Source of the DNA: a virus
Taxonomy: Duplodnaviria > Heunggongvirae > Uroviricota > Caudoviricetes
DNA: 13,646 bases
Reading direction: 5' to 3' (one strand)
IMG/VR virus record: IMGVR_UViG_2724679293_000014
Location: 1 to 13,646 of that record
The first letter of the stretch is position 1. Every line of letters begins with the position of its first letter. The notes beneath the pieces were generated by a model. It was not told where the DNA came from and did not search any database. It saw only the letters and a program-made list of their open reading frames with translations. The position numbers and the translations under genes are program-made. Positions 1 through 8,846 of the stretch are shown piece by piece.

Positions 1-2044
<2,044 letters not shown>

Positions 2045-2070
<26 letters not shown>

Positions 2071-2590
2071 TCAGCAACCCCGGTATCAGTTCATCCAGCG
2101 CGGCTGCTTTGTTCATGGCTTTGATGATATCCCGTTTCAGGAAATCAACATGTCGGTTTTCCAGTTCCGGAAAACGCCGCTGCACCGACAGGGGGATCCC
2201 GTCGAGAATACTGGCAATTTCACCTGCGATCCGCGACAGCACGAAAGTACAGAATGCGGTTTCCACCACTTCAGCGGAGTCTCTGGCATTTTTCAGCTCC
2301 TGTGCGTCGGCCTGCGCACGCGTAAGTCGATGGCGTTCGTACTCAATAGTCCCTGGCTGGAGATCTGTCTCGCTGGCCTGCCGCAGTTCTTCAACTTCCC
2401 GGCGCAGCTTTTCGTTCTCAATTTCAGCATCCCTTTCGGCATACCATTTTATGACGGCGGCAGAGTCATAAAGCACCTCATTACCCTTGCCACCGCCTCG
2501 CAGAACGGGCATTCCCTGTTCCTGCCAGTTCTGAATGGTACGGATACTCGCACCGAAAATGTCAGCCAGCTGCTTTTTGTTGACTTCCAT
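2045..2590 (-). CDS. nu1: Terminase small subunit (lambda Nu1 family), 181 aa
   Basis: Track ORF 2045..2590; MEVNKKQLADIFGASIRTIQNWQEQGMPVLRGGGKGNEVLYDSAAVIKWYAERD... matches lambda Nu1 (winged-helix N-terminus) and sits immediately downstream of cosB. Confidence 0.95.
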
Positions 2591-2609
2591 TGTTCATTCC
2601 ACGGACAAA

Positions 2610-2800
2610 AACAGAGAAAGGAAACGACAGAGGCCAAAAAGCCCGTTTTCAGCACCTGTCGTTTCCTTTCTTTTCAGGGGGTGTTTTAAATAAAAACATT
2701 AAGTTACGAAGAAGAAGAACGGAAACGCCTTAAACCGGAAAATTTTCATAAATAGCGAAAACCCGCGAGGTCGCCGCCCCGTAACCTGTCGGATCGCCGG
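2610..2800 (-). other. cos: cos packaging site (cosB R1/R2/R3 sites plus IHF region, cosN, cosQ side)
   Basis: Reverse complement of 2590-2790 reproduces the lambda left-end sequence as remembered (GGGCGGCGACCTCGCGGGTTTTCGCTATTTATGAAAATTTTCCGGTTTAAGGCGTTTCCGTTC...). R-site-like repeats are at 2616-2630 (gaaaggaaacgacag), 2656-2670 (ctgtcgtttcctttc, inverted relative to the first) and 2718-2730 (gaacggaaacgcc). Confidence 0.85.
2768..2779 (-). other. cosN: cosN 12-nt cohesive-end sequence (GGGCGGCGACCT on the minus strand), joined to the phage right end ...GGTTACG
   Basis: Plus strand reads aggtcgccgccc at 2768-2779 followed by cgtaacctgtcggatcgccgg, which is the reverse complement of the lambda right-end/left-end junction. 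Confidence 0.85.
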
Positions 2801-2815
2801 AAAGGACCCACGAAA

Positions 2816-2832
2816 ATGATAATAATTATCAT
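2816..2832. promoter_or_regulatory. Perfect palindrome atgataat-a-attatcat, operator-like and Fur-box-like
   Basis: 8-bp arms are exact reverse complements around one central base; composition resembles GATAAT/ATTATC Fur hexamers. Function unknown. Confidence 0.3.
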
Positions 2833-2986
2833 CTACATGAGGTTTATCACGACATGTGTGTACGCCATCAAACCACGAGAAATAATCAATTATTACGCAG
2901 GTATCGTATTAATTGATCTGCATCAAATTAGCGTAAAAGCAACTTCAGATAATACAAATCAGCAACACTGAATACGGGGCAACATT

Positions 2987-3211
2987 ATGTCATCAAAGAA
3001 CAGAACCCGCAGAACAACAACCCGCAACATCCGATTTCCAAACCAGATAATTGAACAAATTAACATCGCTCTTGACCTGAAAGGTTCAGGTAATTTTTCA
3101 GCGTGGGTTATTGAAGCCTGCAGAAGAAGATTAATTAATGAAAAATATTCTCAATTTGTACCCAACAAAGACAAACACGACCAGAGCACCTGTTCAGACA
3201 GGTTTACTTAA
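2987..3211 (+). CDS. Small ribbon-helix-helix-like DNA-binding protein, 74 aa; possibly YnfO/YlcI-like prophage protein
   Basis: Track ORF with ATG start; TRNIRFPNQIIEQINIALDLKGSGNFSAWVIEACRRRL fits a strand-helix-turn-helix (Arc/CopG-like) pattern. An intrinsic terminator follows immediately. Family assignment is from pattern only. Confidence 0.55.
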   Translation: MSSKNRTRRTTTRNIRFPNQIIEQINIALDLKGSGNFSAWVIEACRRRLINEKYSQFVPNKDKHDQSTCSDRFT

Positions 3212-3230
3212 ACGACTTATATATGACACA

Positions 3231-3259
3231 AAAAGCGACCACTAAAGTCGCTTTTTCTT
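3231..3259. terminator. Bidirectional rho-independent terminator between two convergent small genes
   Basis: aaaagcgac-cactaaa-gtcgcttttt: GC stem with an A-tract before and a T-tract after, so it is usable from both strands. Confidence 0.6.
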
Positions 3260-3292
3260 ATGGTAACAGGCAATAACTCTCTCAGATATTTT

Positions 3293-3607
3293 TTAGCATT
3301 TTTTTGACCGCGCGTTTCCGGACGTATTCTGTTCTCCTGTCCCTTTATATCGTCGGAATACCCGCCGCTCTTCAAATCCCATTCCCAACTCAGAATGTAG
3401 TCTGTTGACCGCTTGTTTTATTTCGGTCAGGTTCACCGGTGAAACCGGAGTCCGGCGCGCCTTACGCAAACACTCTGCTCGTTTCTGTGCCGCCACTTTT
3501 CTTTTCTGGTCATCACTTAGCTGTACCATCACTTTTGCCCATCGTTCAGCTGCTCTCCGGTACAGTCCTTTTTTCTCCAGACATTCTGCCACGTGATCAT
3601 GTAGCAT
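3293..3607 (-). CDS. Small basic protein, 104 aa; putative PerC/Pch-family transcriptional regulator
   Basis: Track ORF; ATG at 3607 preceded by a strong Shine-Dalgarno (GGAGGT, about 6 nt spacing). The N-terminal motif HDHVAECLEKKGLYRRAAERWAKVM resembles what I recall of PerC/Pch proteins of pathogenic E. coli prophages; not verified. Confidence 0.6.
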   Translation of the reverse strand: MLHDHVAECLEKKGLYRRAAERWAKVMVQLSDDQKRKVAAQKRAECLRKARRTPVSPVNLTEIKQAVNRLHSELGMGFEERRVFRRYKGTGEQNTSGNARSKKC

Positions 3608-3642
3608 AAGTGACCTCCGATTATCTACAGACTGCCATCCTG

Positions 3643-3670
3643 AATTTACCTTCCCTTAATGAAATAACAA
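3643..3670 (-). promoter_or_regulatory. Candidate sigma70 promoter for the PerC-like gene (TTGTTA -16 nt- TAAATT)
   Basis: Minus-strand reading TTGTTATTTCATTAAGGGAAGGTAAATTCAGG lies about 35 nt upstream of the SD/ATG, with a T/G-rich tract further upstream. Confidence 0.35.
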
Positions 3671-4072
3671 TAAAAAACAAACCACGCAAAAACAATAAAA
3701 CAACACACAAAAAAAACTAAATAACAAACAAAAATAATCACCTTGTTTTATTATTTTTTGAGGGAGCAATTACTGAACAAAAAACGCTGACTATATACTC
3801 AAAACCAAACAACTATTCTGCCAATCAGGTATCATGGCAACACACGGAATTACCGTGTTTTTGCCTTCTCTGCCCATACAATACGGGCATATACTTCATT
3901 CTCTATTGTAATATTTCTATCCATGTGCCCCACTCCATTTACCTGTAAATAATATTCAAAATATTTATCACAGAAATCGTTTTTGGCCATGAACTGAGCA
4001 CACTATAAAGTCCGGAACTGACTCTTTGTTAAATTACCTTAACGTTACCAGTAACACCTTCATAACAAAATA

Positions 4073-4540
4073 TCACGGTATACACTGGGTACGGATATAT
4101 TCCTGTGCTCCTTCCAGTTGCTTCTGCATTGCCATCAGCCGTTCTCTGAGGATGAAATAATCCCGTTCAGCGGTGTCTGCCAGTCGGGGGCCGGTTGCAT
4201 TATCCACGCCGGAGGTGCCGGTGGCTTCACGCACGGTACCGGAGCAGGTGGCGTTGATCCGCAGGCGCTTACGACCAGCGGCAACATCAGCACGCAGAGT
4301 TTCATTTTCAGCTCTCGCATCGGCTAATTCCCTCGAGTATCTGGCATCAAGTGCAGCGACATCACGCTGGCGTATCTGCATATCAGTAATTGTCGCGTTC
4401 GCCAGCTCCAGCTCACTGGCTTTTTTATCGCGCTGCTCTTTGTAGATGATGGCGTGATCACGGTAATGATTCAGCCCCAGACTAAGCGCACCACAGGCCA
4501 CCAGCAGGACAATGATAACCACGCACAGAACACGGTTCAT
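4073..4540 (-). CDS. Rz: Rz i-spanin (inner-membrane spanin), about 155 aa
   Basis: Track ORF 4073..4597 begins at a TTG; the likely true start is the ATG at 4540 ([39 protein letters not shown]...), which aligns with lambda Rz (…[45 protein letters not shown]…). Confidence 0.9.
   Translation of the reverse strand: [155 protein letters not shown]
4135..4320 (-). CDS. Rz1: Rz1 o-spanin lipoprotein embedded in the +1 frame of Rz, 61 aa
   Basis: MRELKMKLCVLMLPLVVSACGSTPPAPVPCVKPPAPPAWIMQPAPDWQTPLNGIISSSENG: lipobox VSAC, proline-rich, matching the lambda Rz1 pattern (…CVKPPPPPAWIMQPPPDWQTPLNGIISPSERG). Confidence 0.85.
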   Translation of the reverse strand: MRELKMKLCVLMLPLVVSACGSTPPAPVPCVKPPAPPAWIMQPAPDWQTPLNGIISSSENG

Positions 4541-4541
4541 A

Positions 4542-4655
4542 TCACCACCAACGGATTGCCCAGACCAGAACAGCAATGGCCACAATACGAATGGCAAAAG
4601 CTGCCGCTCTTGTTAAATCCAGACTGGCTGGCGTCTCCACTTCAATGCCTTTCAT
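4542..4655 (-). CDS. Hypothetical 37-aa single-pass membrane peptide, stop codon 2 nt before the Rz ATG (TGATATG)
   Basis: Hand translation: MKGIEVETPASLDLTRAAAFAIRIVAIAVLVWAIRWW; SD-like GAGGT about 10 nt upstream; below the track length cutoff. Speculative. Confidence 0.3.
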   Translation of the reverse strand: MKGIEVETPASLDLTRAAAFAIRIVAIAVLVWAIRWW

Positions 4656-4753
4656 AATGGACAACCTCAGAAAGAATCTTTTATACTTCCTCACAGGGAA
4701 AGTACCTCCCTACCCATAATTTCTCCCTTGCCTTGCTCAAGGTCAGAAAACAC

Positions 4754-4790
4754 AAAACCCCGCTTGCTGCCAACAAACGGGGTTTTTACT
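4754..4790. terminator. Intrinsic terminator-like hairpin between endolysin and Rz
   Basis: aaaaccccg-cttgctgccaacaaa-cggggttttt; a T-run follows on the plus strand and TTTTGTGTTTTC follows on the minus strand. Confidence 0.5.
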
Positions 4791-4875
4791 TTTATTCACT
4801 TAGGTTTTACCAGTTTTCAGGATTTCGTGTTATCCCCCCGCGTTGGCCAACGTCATTTTTCAGGAAAATATTCTG

Positions 4876-5409
4876 CTATCTGTCGATGTCCCAGCACGCC
4901 AGCGCGCTCTCCTGGTCACGCCGTGAGACCTGACCGTAGCAATTATTTGAACGGATACGGCAGTCTCTGCCACCGTCCTTAATCCACCAGCGAATCGCCT
5001 CACAGGCACCTTTTCGATCGCCTGCATTAATTCGTTTATAAAACGTCGACGGGAAGCACTTACCGGGGCCAATGTTGTACGGACAGAATGACGCGATCCC
5101 CGCTTTCTGGGGTTCGGTCAGCGGCACCCGGATGTTTTTCTCCACCCATGCCAGCGCCTTGTCACGTTCGATGGCATTAACCCGGTCGCATTTTTCCTTT
5201 GACAGCTTCATGCCAGGAATAACAGGCTTACCATCCACCAGAATGGCACCACGGCAGATGGTCCAGATCCCCGCACCATCACGGTATGCCGTGGTGTGGT
5301 TACCTTCCTTTTCATCCAGAAACTGGTCGAGGATTTCAGGCGCAGAAGCACCTGCACCAATCAGCGCCAGAACGGCAGCCGACAGGCCGTATTTTATTTT
5401 TTCGTGCAT
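4876..5409 (-). CDS. R: SAR endolysin (phage lysozyme, T4-lysozyme/GH24-like, phage 21 R type), 177 aa
   Basis: N-terminal Gly/Ala-rich weakly hydrophobic segment GLSAAVLALIGAGASA (signal-arrest-release type) followed by the catalytic region EGNHTTAYRDGAGIWTICRG, analogous to phage 21 R (…[20 protein letters not shown]). Confidence 0.9.
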   Translation of the reverse strand: MHEKIKYGLSAAVLALIGAGASAPEILDQFLDEKEGNHTTAYRDGAGIWTICRGAILVDGKPVIPGMKLSKEKCDRVNAIERDKALAWVEKNIRVPLTEPQKAGIASFCPYNIGPGKCFPSTFYKRINAGDRKGACEAIRWWIKDGGRDCRIRSNNCYGQVSRRDQESALACWDIDR

Positions 5410-5419
5410 GGGGATTTAT

Positions 5420-5460
5420 CGATTTCTAATCCCTTGATATGTTAGGTATATAATCCAACA
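5420..5460 (+). promoter_or_regulatory. Candidate promoter for the plus-strand moron ORF (perfect -10 TATAAT at about 5449-5454)
   Basis: cccttgatatgttaggtatataat; AT-rich, but the -35 element is weak or mis-spaced. Confidence 0.3.
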
Positions 5461-5526
5461 CTCATGGTCGCTCTCATAAACATATCCCTTGAGACGCAGC
5501 AGATTACAACAAATGAAGCCATATAA

Positions 5527-5841
5527 ATGAACAGTAAAGAAAGTTTGCGCAGAAGATTTTTACAACTAATGACAGAAAACGTTAAATCAGAGTTACTTCT
5601 TCTGATGGCAGATAATAACGAAGCAACAAGCAGCATTCTTGCAGACCCTTACGGTAAGATCTCACATAAAACGCTGGATATTATTACCACAACATTAACA
5701 CCGCTGATGCTTCAACGGCTGAAACATAATATCAACGCATGGGTTAATGAAGAATTAAGTCCTCCCTGCTTATGGGATTCTCGTTACGCATGTCAGCAAA
5801 AAATGCGAATTTTCAACTTACTATCACCAAAGCTCAGGTAG
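5527..5841 (+). CDS. Hypothetical protein, 104 aa, convergent moron inserted between holin and endolysin
   Basis: ATG-initiated track ORF with protein-like composition (MNSKESLRRRFLQLMTENVKSELLLLMADNNEATSSILADPYGKISHKTL...) in an AT-rich island; an 8-bp-stem hairpin follows at 5847-5876. No recognisable family. Confidence 0.45.
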   Translation: MNSKESLRRRFLQLMTENVKSELLLLMADNNEATSSILADPYGKISHKTLDIITTTLTPLMLQRLKHNINAWVNEELSPPCLWDSRYACQQKMRIFNLLSPKLR

Positions 5842-6096
5842 CCATAAAATCCTGCCCTTCATGGCATACAGGATTTCAATGGAATCACAATGACCAACTC
5901 TTGCACAGCTGTATCCCTGACTCCCCGACAACTCAGATTTTCAGTATCTGCTGCTATCTAAAGAGAAAGCGCACAAATGCAAGGGTCTTTCATCACGTCC
6001 TGTTATTGATTGCCTGTGACCTTTTCTCACCTCATGGAACGTTTTTTCAGTTAGAAATATTCATTTTACAACCAGTTCGTATTGTTTATTCATCGA

Positions 6097-6303
6097 CTAC
6101 TCTCCCCGCGCCACCTTACGACGGTCCTCTCTGATTTTGAAATACAGGTTAGTCAGATACGTCAGCAGGCCAAACAGCAGACTTCCCAGCACACCTATTG
6201 CCACCCACTGGGACGGAGAGACTTTGTCCAGCAGCTGCAGTAACCAGTATCCCGTCCCCACCGCTGACGTGGTGTATGACACACCTGTTGTGATTTTTTC
6301 CAT
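6097..6303 (-). CDS. S: Pinholin (phage 21 S21-type class II holin), 68 aa
   Basis: [68 protein letters not shown] is near-identical in pattern to S21 ([68 protein letters not shown]) as recalled. Confidence 0.9.
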   Translation of the reverse strand: MEKITTGVSYTTSAVGTGYWLLQLLDKVSPSQWVAIGVLGSLLFGLLTYLTNLYFKIREDRRKVARGE

Positions 6304-6558
6304 CTGATGTATGTCTCCGTCACCGCCGACAGAAAATGAAAGTAAAGAAAAACAAAAAAACCGCCAGTGTCACCCACTGACGGCCAACTCCGGGAGCCGT
6401 GATTATGGCATTCAGGCTCTGCTAAAAATGCCAGATAACATTCCGGCCTCCCCTGATTCAGGTTATAAATGACACAATATCTTGACAACACCCGTCACTG
6501 TCTGTCAGAAAATATACCGCCAGGCATAAGTATCATGTGAAATCCAACTATCCTTCTG

Positions 6559-6601
6559 AGCCAGCACCTCTCCACCGAAAGTCAGTGCTGGCTGTTTTTT
6601 T
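6559..6601 (+). terminator. Plus-strand rho-independent terminator (module 1)
   Basis: agccagcac-(loop)-gtgctggct followed by gttttttt; no A-tract upstream, so it is oriented for the plus strand only. Confidence 0.5.
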
Positions 6602-6708
6602 CCTTAATAAAGCATCTGTAACTGAAACAATCCGCATATTGATAATATATTGACAGGCATCATTGCTGTCTGTGAAAAATAAGTCTCTACAAACATATAA
6701 GGCCTTTT

Positions 6709-6749
6709 AGCCAGCGTCTTCTTTCAGGTCAGTCGCTGGCTCTTTTTTT
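6709..6749 (+). terminator. Plus-strand rho-independent terminator (module 2), abutting the nanS-p stop codon
   Basis: agccagcg-(loop)-cgctggct followed by cttttttt; paralogous to the hairpin at 6559-6601. Confidence 0.5.
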
Positions 6750-6750
6750 A

Positions 6751-8601
6751 TTATGCTGCCGGTGCATTTATCTCCAGCACCAGACTTTCTATCTCAACGC
6801 CATACGCTGCATTTTTTGTAACATCCGTCAGCGTCAGCGCATTCAGTCCCAGTGTCAGACTGTCTTTTATAACCTGGAATGCCGGGCCAGCCACTCCATT
6901 CAGTTTCGGAGTAACCGTGGCACTGCCGGCGGTGAACACCAGCTCCAGCGTCTGCCAGTCGTTACCGTAATCGCCGAACTCCCCCAGCTTCGTGTTTCCG
7001 GCTTTCCTGTGATGCATCAGATTCACTCTGCCGTCAGTGGTCTGAGTGAAGTACGACATCAGGAACGGATTACCGGTACCCGTCATCGCCACACCATCAG
7101 GAACGGGAGCATCCGTATACAGATAAATCCCCAGCCCGAACTGATTGTTGGTCAGTGCGCCTGACAGGCGGAACTTACAGGTCAGTCTGCCGCCCTGTGT
7201 CAGCAGGGTAATTGCGTCATCCACCGGATGCGTCAGGGACCAGGTTTTATTGCTCTGCTTGGCGATCTTAAATACACCACCCGACAACTGAATTCCGCCA
7301 TCCTTAATGCTCCAGCCCTGCGCAGCAGCCTCTCCGGCTGCCGGCAGCAGGGAGATTGTGCGAACGGACGTATCTGCAGACGGACCCGATGGCGTGTTGC
7401 CGCCGGGCGAGGGTTTGATTTCCGGTGCCTTACCACTGATGAAGGCTGAGGTGCGCCCGGCTGCGTTCAGAATAGCGGTTGCCAGACGATCCGGAATAAT
7501 GCTCCTGCGCGCCCATGAACTGAAATGTGTCGGGCGGTTTGATGATACCTGGTTTCCATTCGTTCTCGATGCCGCACCGTAATATCCTGATGCCGGAATA
7601 TCCGGATCTTCTGCCGGCGCGTTAGTGGCGGTATTGACACCGTTACCGTCTGTCATGAAGGACACAAAATAAACGCCCTCACTCTCCCTGTTTTTATACC
7701 CGCCGTACACGGTGTCGTACTGGGTAGCGTATGTATTTTTCCAGTAATACGTCGTGTCACCACAAATCCACGGCACATCTGCAGCACTGCCACCATGGCA
7801 CTGCGCGTTAAACACGGAGAGGTCAGCACGAAACTGTGTCAGCATGGCTGTAAACAGCGCAGGTTGCTGTGCGTGGGTGGCGGCGCTCATGTCAAACTCT
7901 CCCTGCATCCAGCACACCGCCAGCAACACATTTTTCGGGTTCTTCTGTAATGCAGCTTTAGTGCGCGCAATCAGGTCCTGATATAACGGTTTACCCACAC
8001 CCCAGCGTGCCGAATCCTGGCTGGCCCCCGTGTCCGCACTGAATGTCCCCTCCGCGCCCTGGGTGAATGCCGAACCACCACGACAGCATGGTACCAGCAG
8101 GATCCCCGCGTTATTCGGGATATACGGAAGCAGTTTTTTGGCAATATGTAAGCCCTGGCCGACACAGCCGTACTGCCCTTTGCTCAGGTCTGCCTTCGGA
8201 TGATTCAGCGTACTCATATCCTGCACATCATGCAGGCAGTGGTCGGCCGGAATAATATCGTTATATCTGCAGGCAGCCCCACCCGGCGTCACTGTACTGC
8301 GGCGCGCCAGCTGTTTAATGCGCGGATCCGGAGCATCGTATGAATCCGGCAGCGGAAGCCCTTCACCGTAAGCCATGGCATTGGACTGCCCGGCCAGTAC
8401 GATGACGTAGTACCAATCCGGCTCAGTTGCACCACTGACCACCACATCACCTTCTGCTGTAATCGCCTGCATCAGGGTATAAGGGGTTATGGCCACCGGA
8501 CTACCAAACGGCTGCCAGCCCTCTTTCAGTTTGTGTGTCAGCTTTTCCGCAAGGTCTGACGGCGACGCCGCCCTGACAACATCATAATGTTTAAATGTCA
8601 T
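6751..8601 (-). CDS. nanS-p: Prophage-encoded sialate O-acetylesterase (NanS-p-like; N-terminal DUF1737 plus SASA esterase domain), 616 aa
   Basis: Track ORF with strong SD (GGGAGGAATA-ATG); N-terminus MTFKHYDVVRAASPSDLAEKLTHKLKEGWQPFGSPV and esterase motif VIVLAGQSNAMAYGEG are typical of NanS-p proteins found between Q/stx and the lysis genes of EHEC lambdoid prophages. Confidence 0.85.
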   Translation of the reverse strand: MTFKHYDVVRAASPSDLAEKLTHKLKEGWQPFGSPVAITPYTLMQAITAEGDVVVSGATEPDWYYVIVLAGQSNAMAYGEGLPLPDSYDAPDPRIKQLARRSTVTPGGAACRYNDIIPADHCLHDVQDMSTLNHPKADLSKGQYGCVGQGLHIAKKLLPYIPNNAGILLVPCCRGGSAFTQGAEGTFSADTGASQDSARWGVGKPLYQDLIARTKAALQKNPKNVLLAVCWMQGEFDMSAATHAQQPALFTAMLTQFRADLSVFNAQCHGGSAADVPWICGDTTYYWKNTYATQYDTVYGGYKNRESEGVYFVSFMTDGNGVNTATNAPAEDPDIPASGYYGAASRTNGNQVSSNRPTHFSSWARRSIIPDRLATAILNAAGRTSAFISGKAPEIKPSPGGNTPSGPSADTSVRTISLLPAAGEAAAQGWSIKDGGIQLSGGVFKIAKQSNKTWSLTHPVDDAITLLTQGGRLTCKFRLSGALTNNQFGLGIYLYTDAPVPDGVAMTGTGNPFLMSYFTQTTDGRVNLMHHRKAGNTKLGEFGDYGNDWQTLELVFTAGSATVTPKLNGVAGPAFQVIKDSLTLGLNALTLTDVTKNAAYGVEIESLVLEINAPAA

Positions 8602-8644
8602 TATTCCTCCCGGCCGGGATAGTGTATTAAATCAGATATGGAGT

Positions 8645-8689
8645 GGGCTGTAGTCCGGAAGCCTGAATGACACACGGGGACTACAGCCC
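8645..8689 (-). promoter_or_regulatory. Strong hairpin (12-bp perfect stem, about 21-nt loop) in the 5' leader of nanS-p
   Basis: gggctgtagtcc ... ggactacagccc; no adjacent U-run on either strand, so it is not a canonical terminator. Confidence 0.4.
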
Positions 8690-8784
8690 AAGAAATGAAG
8701 AAGGCCACGCAGTTGCGCAGCCTGATAAACCCTGGTTAAAATCCACACGATAACAACACAACAATATCAGTATCTCATGCTATT

Positions 8785-8846
8785 GCCCGAACCCATTCGG
8801 GCATTTTTTACCCATAAAAAATGCCCCTCCGGAGAGGGGCATTTTT
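8785..8846. terminator. Terminator cluster: plus-strand hairpin with T-run (8785-8809) and a bidirectional terminator (8816-8846)
   Basis: gcccgaacccattcgggc+atttttt; aaaaaatgcccctc-cgga-gaggggcattttt with A/T tracts on both flanks. On the minus strand the second would stop late transcription ahead of nanS-p unless antiterminated. Confidence 0.6.

Noticed and set aside
2800-4072. bor lipoprotein gene between Rz and cos, as in lambda
   Set aside because: No ORF with a lipoprotein signal or Bor-like sequence; the slot is occupied by the PerC-like and RHH-like genes.
4073-4597. N-terminal extension of Rz from the track start at 4597 (MPFVLWPLLFWSGQSVGGD...)
   Set aside because: That start is a TTG with no SD; homology to lambda Rz begins at the ATG at 4540, which is also preceded by the coupled upstream stop.
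5442-6134. Minus-strand 64-aa ORF (5442..5636) and plus-strand 120-aa ORF (5772..6134) as alternative genes in the S-R spacer
   Set aside because: Both overlap the better-supported 104-aa plus-strand ORF or the holin gene, lack convincing starts and have less protein-like composition; kept only as alternatives.
6195-6491. Minus-strand 98-aa track ORF overlapping the holin start
   Set aside because: It overlaps the conserved pinholin gene in another frame, is Cys/Trp-rich and has no SD; likely spurious.
6490-6520. LexA (SOS) box within CTGTCTGTCAGAAAAT
   Set aside because: CTGT is present but no correctly spaced ACAG half-site; does not fit the CTGT-N8-ACAG consensus.
7228-8255. Short track ORFs inside the nanS-p coding region on either strand
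   Set aside because: Embedded within a 616-aa ORF with clear family features; shadow frames.
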